Position numbers and translations under genes: made by a program. A DNA stretch of 64,000 bases from Diplonema japonicum (taxonomy: Eukaryota; Protista; Euglenozoa: Diplonemea): assembly GCA_964019335.1 (NCBI GenBank), contig OZ025743.1, forward strand, positions 1 through 64,000. The letters run 5' to 3'. The notes under the pieces are model-generated. The model was not told where the DNA came from, searched no databases, and was given only the letters and a program-made list of their open reading frames with translations. Each line of letters begins with the position of its first letter. Position 1 is the first letter of the stretch. This document shows positions 9,353-19,149 of the stretch, in pieces.

Positions 9353-11518
9353 CAAAATACCAATGCAGGGCCGCCATGGAGAGCAACACCTGAGAAAAGG
9401 GAAAAAAAAAGGTGAAGGGAAACCATGGGGAAATAGGGAGGGCAATGGACCAGGCTTCTGCAAGCAGGAGGAGCCCTGGTCCCCCACCAACCCGTGCTCT
9501 GCTTTGGGACAGCCGAAGAGGGCTGAATTACATTATTCCCTCAGTCAAGTGAGAGAAAAACGGGGGCCTACCTTCCAGCTGGATGTCCTTCTTTGGCTGG
9601 AACCTCCGGCGGAAAGCCCCCCAGGGAGGTATTGCTCCTATTGAGCGAATCATTGGTGAGTGTGAAAATAAAAAAAAGGGGAAATGGGAAACAGTGAGAG
9701 GAAGGGAAAGGAAAGTGGAAAACACAACATTCCATTTAACACACACACACGGGGCGATCCCTTAGCGCAGCACGGGGGCCGCGGGACCGGCGTCAAGAGA
9801 GACCGGAGGAGGGGGCGGCACGTTTGAAGGTGCAGTGACGTCTGTAGACGCCAGGGATGATGGCGAGGTGAACAGTCCGGAGCGTGACCAGGCGAGCAGG
9901 CCAGACTCAACAATGAGGTCGTAGATCTGGGTCACGCGTCTCGACAGGGAGAAGGCTAGGGAGGGAGTACCAGCAGGAGTGTCGATCGCCCCCTTCCCGA
10001 TCACAGGGCACCCACCGACAACATGCTCCCTGGACATCGGTGCTGCGTGGCAGGCTGGGCACCGGAGCACACCCTTGTGCTTCCTGTTCGGGCCAGCAGT
10101 CTGCAGGAAGCCGAAGAAGAGAGCCGAGTGACCAATCCGCAGCCGCGAGATGACCGTTTCAGCTTGTCTGGGGAAGCCAAGGGGGAAGTGCGCGGACCGA
10201 AGCTCGGTCGCCACCGCGTAGTTGTGGGCGAGGGATGTTATGAGCTCCGCGGACCTCCGCACCACCCACCGTCGCACCAGGGCCCTCACTGATCGGTAGT
10301 CAAGGGAGGGCCTGTCCTGCTTCCGCTTCGTTCCCTCCACGGCCAGAGCGTCAGCCTTCTCGTTCCCGTCCACCCCACAGTGGGAGGGCACAAACTGGAG
10401 GACCACCGGTGTCCCCTGCGTGCGCGCCGCGGACACCAGCCGGCTCCACGTCTGGTGGTCGAGCTTCTCCCTCTGTCGCGTTGGGCCAGCTCGCAGCTGC
10501 TCGACGAGGGAGAGGGAGTCGGTGCAGATCGACAGCGGGGACTTCGCCAGCGAAGGGTGTGTTTTTCGGAGGGTAGCCACCATATCCAGCGCCGTTTTCA
10601 CAGCCATGCCCTCTGCCCGAAAAGATGAACAGAAGTCGTTGACGCCATGGCACACAGACACAGGGGTCAGGGGGGGAGGCAGCTGCAGATAAACCCCAGA
10701 GCCACCTTTCGCCTTCTGTCCGACCTGTACAACCGAGCCATCCGTGTAGGCATGGATGCCCGGGGGGAGAGCCGCAAGAGCAGCCTCGGCCGCCTTCCGC
10801 CTGTCCGCGTCTGGCGACGATCGCGTGACCCCGCCGGGGAGGTCAGTCCTGAAGTCGACCATGCCTGTCTGCCACGGGGCCGCCAGGGGCGTAGCCGACA
10901 GGTACTCGAAGTGCACCTTTGGTTCCAACCCGCATCGACGCAGTGCTTGGTAGCCAGAGCGCAGCCACCCACACCCCAGCCTGTTCGCCTGCTTCAGCTT
11001 GACCGTCTCCCTGTGAACCGGGGAAGACTGCCAGCAGAAGGCCTTCGCCGTCATCGTCGCCGCAGCACCCTCCGCCATTCTTTCGAGGGGAAGCAGTCCT
11101 GCCTCAGCTAGGAGCTTGTACCCTCCGGAGCCACTCCAGCAGCCCGTGATCAGCACCGCCGCCTCCTGGTGAAGCCCAGCCAGGTCCTTCCTCCCGACAT
11201 CATCGAGCCTGCTGTAGTAGACCCCCATGCAGTAGCGCAGCAGCGGGAGGATGTACGTAACGTAGAGAGACCGCAGAGTGTCCCTCTTGCTGCCCCAGGA
11301 CGTGCCGGACAAGAGCTTCAGCACCCTCAGCCTTTTGCTGGCCCGCCGTAGGATGTCCTGTGCGTGTTCACCGAACGTGAGCCCAGAGTCCACCGTAACC
11401 CCAAGGTACCTCGCGTGTTCAGACAGAGGCAGGGGACGGGCCGCAACGTAATCCACGTCGGGCCGTCGCACGGCTGCATGCATGTCCCGCACGCAGCGGA
11501 TCCGCACACCACCCGCCT
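9323..11518 (-). mobile_element. 5'-truncated LINE family B copy
   Basis: Protein identical to the C-terminal part of 22181-26287; same 3' UTR; poly(A) at 9323-9352. Confidence 0.95.
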
Positions 11519-11531
11519 ACTTTTTTTTTTT

Positions 11532-12905
11532 AATAATAATAATAATAAATGTACCACTGTCGTGCGAAGCTAAAGGCTGGGGGGGAGGGATAGGTGCAGG
11601 AGGCCTGAAGGGCCTCCTGCAAGTGAAAGGGGGAACGAGAGGGGTTGACAAATTTTTTGTAAAAGTTTAAAGAAAACCCTCCCACAACTATCCATACGTA
11701 CCGAGGCGGGAGGTGGGCAGGCCCGGGGGCTCCCAGCGTTCGCAACTGTGCCCACCTTCAACGTCCCTCGGCATCTCACCAGCCCGCATCGCACAACAGC
11801 ACCCTTTGGCCGAACCTCCGGGATTTCAAGGGGTGGGGTACCTCGTCAGTGCTCGTAGGCACACCGGCACGGAGGCATCCCCTTCAGCCGGTTTTGTTGG
11901 GCTGTGGAGCCTTTGGAAAATAAAATTGTAAGGAAAACATAACCAGAGAGGAAGAAAGAAGTTGGGGTGCACGACAGGGCAAAAAAAAGGGAAGACATGG
12001 GGGATGAGAGTACTATTACTAAAAAAGTTTAAATCTACTTCTACTTCTTGCCGGCCCGGCACAGCACGCCTCGCACCCAGCAGCACACGCCACGCAGACA
12101 GACCAGCGCACCTCCACCGCCACCAGTTCTCTTCCAGTGTCCCCGTGCACCCCACCGTCGATCCGTTTATCTGTACCCAGTTCGGCTACCGATCTGTCTG
12201 GCCTTCCAGTTGCGACAGGGCGGTCATTGCCTGAAGGGCGCCGGGATCAACACTGTGGCCTCCACTCCGCGCGAGACCGGTCTCAGCCTCACGTCTCTCG
12301 GATGGGGTACGCTGGAACACTGGGCGACGCCGCCGCCCGCATCACACCACAACACAGCGGAACCAGCACAAACAAACCGTACGCCACTCACCAGCGACAC
12401 CAGCCACAACTCACCGCTCCTGTTCATCCCACCGTTGTCCGAGTACCTGTACCCAGTTAGCCTGTGTCCTGACTGGCCTTTCAGTTGGGGCAGGACTGAC
12501 AACGCTACAAGGGCGCCGGGAACAACCTGTGGCCTCCACTGTGCGCGAGATCGGTCTCAGCCTCTCGACGCTGGTGGAATGAACAGGAACGGTGGGTGTC
12601 GCCGCCGCACGCAACCACGCACACGCCGCGCGATGGGAGAGAATGCCTTTTGCTCAGACCGAGTCTGAGTGGTCTTACACCCCCGCTACCGGTGCCCCGA
12701 TAGCGGCTTGTGCCAAACAGACCGTCTTCGTTCCGGCACAGCCCTCCAACCACAGCCCTCCCTGGCCTGCGGTCCCAGGGGCCACCACGAGGAGGACAGC
12801 GCAGGATACTTCACACCATGTTGTTGTTCTTTTTTTTATGTGTACCCCAACCCCCTTTCTTGAGGGGGGGATAAAAAAGAAAAAAAATAATAACGATACT
12901 TTAGT
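11532..12905 (-). mobile_element. ~1.4-kb non-autonomous retroelement S2 with (TTA)n tail and several structured RNA modules
   Basis: 3' end CAGTGGTACATT(TAT)n; bounded by neighbouring element ends; no long ORF. Confidence 0.65.
11712..11911 (-). ncRNA. Double-pseudoknot RNA motif, copy C (unassigned)
   Basis: Same pairing topology as 17249-17432 and 18673-18859, with compensatory changes. Confidence 0.55.
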
Positions 12906-12908
12906 TAC

Positions 12909-13209
12909 TTTTTTTTTTTTTTTTTGCAATAATAACCACTGGGGGGAAACTGGGGGTGGGGGGAGGGGTGTGGGGTGTGTCCAGTCTTTTGTCTGGAGTG
13001 ACCGAGAGGGCCACCACGTGGGCTGAACCTTCCCTTCGGTGCTCCGTTCCCCCTTCCTGGGACAGCCGACCTGGCTGATTACATTCGGGGCGGTCCCCTC
13101 GAGGCTGAACGCAGGGGCGTTCTCTTGCTGCGCCCTGCGCCCTCCCGGCCTTCCCTGTGGCTGCCTCCCGGGAGGTTGTTTCTTGGCCCATTTGCGTGTG
13201 AGTGTGTGT

Positions 13210-13240
<31 letters not shown>

Positions 13241-16095
13241 GGACAAAGGGGTAGGGGGGGGGGGGTCTATAATGGGCTCACGATCACCCTTGTGCTGCGT
13301 CGGCCGGGGGGAAGATCCCACACTCAGACCATGATAAGAGCCCGGAGGCCTCGATGAAGGCGCAGACCTCGGCGGAGTGTTTGGAAAGCAGCGCGCGGAG
13401 CGGCAGCCCAGTGTCGTAGAAGGACTTAGCTGTGGGAGCCAGAGAATGACAGCCCCTCAGCAGGTGATCAGCGTCGAGCGGTGATTGAACGTTGCAGGCG
13501 GGGCAGGTGAGGTGATGACTCCCCTCAGCCCTCAGGGGTCCCTTGAGCTGGAGGTACCCCCTCATCAAAGGCGTGTGTCCGGTCCGGAGCCGAATGATCA
13601 GGACCTCATCCCTCCTACTGAGTGGTGGGAGAGAGAGACATTCGCCACCGGTGACGAGGCGGTGGTGGCCGGGGGAGTCGCTGTTGTATCTCGCACGCGA
13701 CCTTCCTCTCAGCCACGCTTTTATGGCCGCCTTGCTGGAGCGGTAGCTAACCCCGCAAGGCGACTTCGACAGCCCGTCCCTGGCCGCTCCGTCGGCGAGC
13801 TCGTTCCCCGTCACACCGCAGTGGGAGGGGATGTACCAGAAGTGCACATCACCAGAGCGTTTGGCCCTGAGCCAGGAGGCGGCATCCCAGATCCGTCTGT
13901 CCGTGGACTCCCTCTGCTGTCCGGGGCCTCCAGCGAGCCTCCGCAGCATCGTCTGTGAGTCGGTCAGCAGGTAGAGAGGGCGGCCCCTCAGGTTCACGAC
14001 CGTTTTGTACACCTCCGCAGCCTCCTTCAACCCCATCAGGATAGCGGTGCCCTCGGCGCACATGGGTGTGGAGACCATGCCGGCCCCGTGAGAGGTGGTA
14101 AGGGTGAGGTCCATGTCGGGGACTCTGAGGGCAACCCCAGCTCCCCCTCTCCCCCTTATCACCGAGCCGTCCGTGTACACTACCAGAGCGCCGCTTGGGA
14201 TCTCGTCCAGCTTTTCCGCAGCCGCTGCCGCCCTCACATCGTCGGGGAGTGTCCTCCTGGTGTCGGTGGCGTAGGGATCGACGTGGATGCCTTCCGCCCA
14301 GGGGGGGGCTCTCGTATCAGGCCCTAGCGGTAGGGAAGCAACCGCACTCAGCCCAGAACTCCTCGTCGCCTTCAGCGCTCCCAAGGCCCATCCTGCGGTA
14401 GCACCCCTGACCACCCTGTTCACCGGGGTTCCCACCCACCTCAGTGCCCTCTGCAGTAGAATGGCAGAAGCAGCGTCGGCCATCAGGTCGAGCGGGCGCA
14501 AGCGGGCCTCACACAGTACAGCCGAGGTGGAGGTGTTCTTGACGCACCCCGTGATTCGTCGGGCTGCCTCATCGTGCCTCATGCACAGTGCCTTCCTGTC
14601 TTGAGCAGACATTAGTGCGAAGAAGATGCCAATCGAGTAGGTGAACACCGGTAGGACGTAGGCCAGGTACAAGGACCTGAGTGATGCTGCGGAACTGCCC
14701 CAGGACGAGCCGGAGAGGAGCCGCAGTATGCGAATTCGTTTGTCGTATCTCTCGATGATGTCGCGGGCATGGGCACCGAAAGACAAGTCAGCGTCAAGGA
14801 TGACCCCTAGATACTTGGCCCTATCACGCCTCGCGACGGGGACGGCCGTGGAGAATTCATACACCAGCCCTTTGGAGACGAGTGCAGAGACGTCGCGTCG
14901 TGTCGTGGCCGTGCGGTTAACGGACAGGAGCCTCCTCCCGATCAGGTGAGTAGGTCCCCCGGCGATGAGTCGGCCCTTGAGCTCCAGCGGCTGGAATTCG
15001 AAGCCCGGATGCGTCGCCCCGGTCGAGGGGAAGTAGACGTGGAAGTCGTACGGTTCGCATTTGGGGGTGGGGACGTACAGCGTCTTCTCCCTGCTCAACT
15101 GCATCCCCCATCGTGTACACCAGTCTTCGACTGCACCCACCACCGCCGTGGCCCTGGCCTCGAGCTCAGTCCTTGTTGTGGCAGAGACTACTACCGCGAC
15201 GTCGTCCGCGTAGATCGTGGAGAGCCCAGCCAGACCCTCAAGTTCCCTCGCTAGGTCGTCCACGAAGATGGTGAACAGCACTGGACCGAGTACAGAACCT
15301 TGAGGCACGCCACTCTTGATTTTGTAAGGGGTCCCCTTGACACCCCCCACGACTACCCTCGCTGTTCTGGACGTAAGGAAGGAGGAAACCCACCTGGTGT
15401 AGGCCGTAGGGAAGCGCTTCTGAGACATCTTCTGAATGAGTGCCTCGTGGTTGACCCTGTCGAACGCCTTTGAGAAGTCAAAGAGTATGGTGAGGCATGC
15501 CTCCTTAACTTCGGCGTTCCTTTTTATCGTCACATGCTGCACGATGGCGGCAACCTGCTCCTCGGTGGACCTCCCTTTCCTGAAGCCAGCCTGGGCGGGG
15601 TGAAGTCCCTCTACCATCGTTGTCGGGGAGTCAAGTAGATACGTCACGCGGGCCTCGACCATCCTTTCCATGAGCTTGCCGAGGCAGCTCGTCAGGCTGA
15701 TGGGGCGGTAGGACTCAATCTTCGTGGGGTCTTTGCCCGGCTTCGGGATCGGGACGACTAGTGCCAGTTTCCACGTGTCCGGAACTTGCCCGCTCGCCCA
15801 GGAGAGATTGAACAGCTGTAGAACGATTCTCAGGGATTCCCTACCCAGACGCTTCAGCATCACGTTGAAGATTCCATCGTCGCCTGCAGCACTCTTCGTT
15901 CTCGTCCTGAGCAGTTGTCTCAGCAGTTCGTCCATCGTGAAGTAGCCCGTTCCGCCCTCGTAGGGTTCCTGCGTCTGTCCTGTTGCGTCGAGACCAGGGA
16001 CAGTGTCGTCTCCGCAGATCGTCTCGTAGTAGCGTCCGAGACGATCGGCCCTAGCCTTGTTGCCTGTGAGAAGAGCGTCGCCGTGTTGAAGGGCG
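12909..16095 (-). mobile_element. 5'-truncated LINE family C copy (RT-RNaseH-CCHC)
   Basis: Poly(A) at 12909-12925; 3' end CCCCCAGTGGTTATTATTGC(A)n; frame stays open upstream of the annotated Met (..KARADRLG..) to ~16092. Confidence 0.92.
13284..15935 (-). CDS. Family C pol fragment: RT with insertion, RNase H, CCHC
   Basis: YRPISL, QAGFR, GVPQGS, YADD, KYLG, YTDGS, TDSQ, HCG..NELAD, CPAC..HLL.GC. Confidence 0.9.
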   Translation of the reverse strand: MDELLRQLLRTRTKSAAGDDGIFNVMLKRLGRESLRIVLQLFNLSWASGQVPDTWKLALVVPIPKPGKDPTKIESYRPISLTSCLGKLMERMVEARVTYLLDSPTTMVEGLHPAQAGFRKGRSTEEQVAAIVQHVTIKRNAEVKEACLTILFDFSKAFDRVNHEALIQKMSQKRFPTAYTRWVSSFLTSRTARVVVGGVKGTPYKIKSGVPQGSVLGPVLFTIFVDDLARELEGLAGLSTIYADDVAVVVSATTRTELEARATAVVGAVEDWCTRWGMQLSREKTLYVPTPKCEPYDFHVYFPSTGATHPGFEFQPLELKGRLIAGGPTHLIGRRLLSVNRTATTRRDVSALVSKGLVYEFSTAVPVARRDRAKYLGVILDADLSFGAHARDIIERYDKRIRILRLLSGSSWGSSAASLRSLYLAYVLPVFTYSIGIFFALMSAQDRKALCMRHDEAARRITGCVKNTSTSAVLCEARLRPLDLMADAASAILLQRALRWVGTPVNRVVRGATAGWALGALKATRSSGLSAVASLPLGPDTRAPPWAEGIHVDPYATDTRRTLPDDVRAAAAAEKLDEIPSGALVVYTDGSVIRGRGGAGVALRVPDMDLTLTTSHGAGMVSTPMCAEGTAILMGLKEAAEVYKTVVNLRGRPLYLLTDSQTMLRRLAGGPGQQRESTDRRIWDAASWLRAKRSGDVHFWYIPSHCGVTGNELADGAARDGLSKSPCGVSYRSSKAAIKAWLRGRSRARYNSDSPGHHRLVTGGECLSLPPLSRRDEVLIIRLRTGHTPLMRGYLQLKGPLRAEGSHHLTCPACNVQSPLDADHLLRGCHSLAPTAKSFYDTGLPLRALLSKHSAEVCAFIEASGLLSWSECGIFPPADAAQG

Positions 16096-16107
16096 GCCTA
16101 CATTTCC

Positions 16108-16108
<1 letters not shown>

Positions 16109-16144
<36 letters not shown>

Positions 16145-16296
16145 CAAAATACCAATGCAGGGCCATCATCCGGCGTCTGGCCTTCTCTTACCAGTATGCC
16201 CGTCCCCCTTTAAACTTTTAAAATTTTAAAAAATTTTTAAAATTAACATCCTCTTGTTATCGTGTGCCCTGACATTGTAGTCAAAAACGGATGGCC
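16109..16296 (-). mobile_element. Short SINE-like element S3 carrying the family B 3' terminus
   Basis: Ends GGCCCTGCATTGGTATTTTG(A)n exactly like family B but the body is unrelated; 5' edge inferred from a GTAGGCCG target remnant. Confidence 0.6.
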
Positions 16297-16624
16297 CGGC
16301 CTACTCTGAAGTTGCCAAGATGAGTCCTCTCATCTTCGCACGAACGAGTGTGGTACGGCCATCCCCTCCCCCCGCCTGCCGGAGTGCAGCGGGGAGAGCA
16401 AATACTTCCCCTATCATCCCCATGCGCACACGCACGCTCGCTTCCCCTTTTGATTTTGAGAGATTTTACTCTCACCCTTTCATGTTTCGCTCAATGGAGC
16501 AAATCCCTCTCGAGGGGGCGACCGGGGCCAGTTCCGGTCACCAGAGGTCCCAGTTGAGAAAAACTACGAACTGGGGTCAAGGTCCCCGTCCGAGTCACGT
16601 AGGTCTACGCGGCTTGGAATTAAA

Positions 16625-17440
16625 GTAATTCAGCCCTCTTCGGCTGTTCCAAACAGGTGCACGGGTTGGCGGAGTCCACAGCTCCATCTGATTGCAGAAG
16701 AACTGGTCTTCGCCCTCCCTGTAATATTTCCATGCTTCCCTTCACCTTTCCCCTTCCCAGGTTGTTGTGTGGGGTGAGTCGTGTGGTGACGCGGACCCCT
16801 GGCCGAGCAAAACGAGGGGTGCTGGAGCGAAGACGGTCTGTTTGGCACAAGCCGCTATCGGGGCACCGGTAGCGGGGGTGTAAGACCAACAGACTCGTTC
16901 TGAGCGAAGGCATCTCTCGAGGGGAGCGGAGCCGGGGGGGCGTTTTTCGTGCTGATCCGGGTCCTGACCGGCCCTCTACATCAACTATCCCTCTCCCAAC
17001 CCCTACCTTCCTCTCACGAGTTGGCCCTGCCGCTCCATCGCGCTGGTTGCCTGACGCCAGCGCCGACGACGACGACGACGACCGGGGCCCTCGACATGGG
17101 CAACTTAGAAGAGTAGAGTCATCTTTCCCCCCCTTTTTAGTTTCCCTCAAAACCTCACTCGATGTCTCCTGTTCTGCTGCCAGGTCTTTTCTGTTGCTAT
17201 TCCTCTCTCTTCCCCTTTTCTTTTCATTTTATGTTTTAATTATCTAGTGCCCCACCGACCCAACAAATCCAGCAAGGGGACGGTCTCGTGCTGGTTTAAG
17301 CAATGGTCGCCCCGAAATCCTTAAGACGATCCTACCTTTTGAGGCGGATGCGCTGTTGGCGGGGAATGTGCGGAGTTGGCCAAGGACGCCCAGTCAAAGG
17401 AATTTATTAGGGGGCGAGAACCAGACTGGGTGGGCCTTCG
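16625..17440 (+). mobile_element. Old composite non-coding element(s): diverged family B 3'UTR segment, shared hairpin module and pseudoknot motif
   Basis: 16625-16770 resembles 26518-26665; 16812-16918 matches 12637-12739 in reverse complement; boundaries uncertain. Confidence 0.5.
17249..17432 (+). ncRNA. Double-pseudoknot RNA motif, copy A (unassigned)
   Basis: Shares GTCGCCCCGAAATCCTTAAGACGATCC with copy B; covarying stems. Confidence 0.6.
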
Positions 17441-17811
17441 GCGTTCAATAAACAAAAAAACAATAAGGAAAGGGGTAATATTAATAAGGGTGGGAGGGAA
17501 TGAAGAGGGAGAGAAAAAAGAAATGATAAAAGGATCTTGAAGGACAGTGTCCCAGTACTCACCGCTCCTCTCTGTTGGTAATTGGCCACACAGAAGCTTT
17601 TTTTTTAAAGAAAAAAAAAAAGACCAGAAGGAGGGAGTGCTAAACCCCCCCTACCTATGGTGCTGTTTGTTCTCTTCTTGGGCGAAAGGCTCATGATACC
17701 TTCACTTTGATTTTTGATTTCTCGAGCTCTGCTTTTCAACTCAGCTTTGTTGATTTTTTCTTCCTTTCCCCATTTTCCTTTTATCCTTTTCAAACCTTCT
17801 CTGATGCTCCC

Positions 17812-18184
17812 GTAGGAGGGATGAGGTCCTGATCATTCGGCTCCGGACCGGACACACGCCTTTGATGAGGGGGTACCTCCAGCTCAAGGGACCCCTGAGG
17901 GCTGAGGGGAGTCATCACCTCACCTGCCCCGCCTGCAACGTTCAATCACCGCTCGACGCTGATCACCTGCTGAGGGGCTGTCATTCTCTGGCTCCCACAG
18001 CTAAGTCCTTCTACGACACTGGGCTGCCGCTCCGCGCGCTGCTTTCCAAGCACTCCGCCGAGGTCTGCGCCTTCATCGAGGCCTCCGGGCTCTTATCATG
18101 GTCTGAGTGTGGGATCTTCCCCCCGGCCGACGCAGCACAAGGGTGATCGTGAGCCCATTATAGACCCCCCCCCCCTTTGTCCCC

Positions 18185-18215
<31 letters not shown>

Positions 18216-18474
18216 ACTCACACGCAAATGGGCCAAGAAACAACACAGGGAAGGCCGGGGGGGCGCAGGGCGCAGCAAGAGAACGCCCCTGCGTTCAGCC
18301 TCGAGGGGACCGCCCCGAATGTAATCAGCCAGGTCGGCTGTCCCAGGAAGGGGGAACGGAGCACCGAAGGGAAGGTTCAGCCCACGTGGTGGCCCTCTCG
18401 GTTACTCCAGACAAAAGACTGGACACACCCCACACCCCTCCCCCCACCCCCAGTTCCCCCCAGTGGTTATTATT

Positions 18475-18512
<38 letters not shown>
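17812..18512 (+). mobile_element. Heavily 5'-truncated LINE family C copy (~700 bp)
   Basis: Near-identical to the reverse complement of 12909-13618; poly(A) at 18477-18512. Confidence 0.92.
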
Positions 18513-18514
<2 letters not shown>

Positions 18515-19121
18515 ACGAACAATCCTCCCTTCACTCCCCTCCCCTAGTGTATTTTCGTTCCCTGCCAAAAAACCCCTCCCTCCTTTTAAGACGGTACAGT
18601 GTATTGAAAAGAAAAAAAAAAAGAAAAAAAAACTATATAAATAAACAACAGAAAGAAAGAAAAACTATTCAAGCCCCAACGACAAACAAAAACCGGCATG
18701 GGGACGGCTCGGGGCCGGTCGAAGGCAAGAGTCGCCCCGAAATCCTTAAGACGATCCTTCCTATTGAGGGGGATGCGCTACCAGGGGAAAGGAAAAAAGG
18801 TGGCCATGGGCAGGACAGTCGAAGGAATGTACTAGGGGGCCAAGAGGCAGACTGACTGCGCCATAGGCGATACAAAAGGAGAAGATTTTGACCAGGAAAG
18901 AATGGAACAATGGAATATCTGAAAGGAAGTATACACACACTCCCCTTACTGAATACCGTCTTGCTTCACCCTGTGATTTGCCAGGCACAATTATGTCACC
19001 CTGTGCAACACAGACTTTTGATGTTTCAAACCTCCCAATTTTTATGGTTTCAACTTTCTCCGCCCCCTATCCCCCCCGCCTGGTAGTGGAATAATTATTA
19101 TTATTATTATTGCAAAAAAAA
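18513..19121 (+). mobile_element. SINE-like element S4 with (TTA)n-TGC-(A)n tail
   Basis: 3' end CCCGCCTGGTAGTGGAATA(ATT)n shared with S1; contains pseudoknot motif copy B. Confidence 0.7.
18673..18859 (+). ncRNA. Double-pseudoknot RNA motif, copy B (unassigned)
   Basis: Shares the core and covarying stems with copies A and C. Confidence 0.6.
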
Positions 19122-19149
19122 GTGATCAGGAAAAGAAAAGAAAAGAAAA

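Noticed and set aside
11821-11852. Hammerhead ribozyme (CTGACGA...GAAA on the minus strand)
   Set aside because: No stem II between the motifs and CTGANGA is absent from the two homologous copies.
17249-17432. Assignment of the pseudoknot motif to GIR1, RNase P/MRP, twister, pistol or cobalamin riboswitch
   Set aside because: Only short words match; order and pairing topology disagree.
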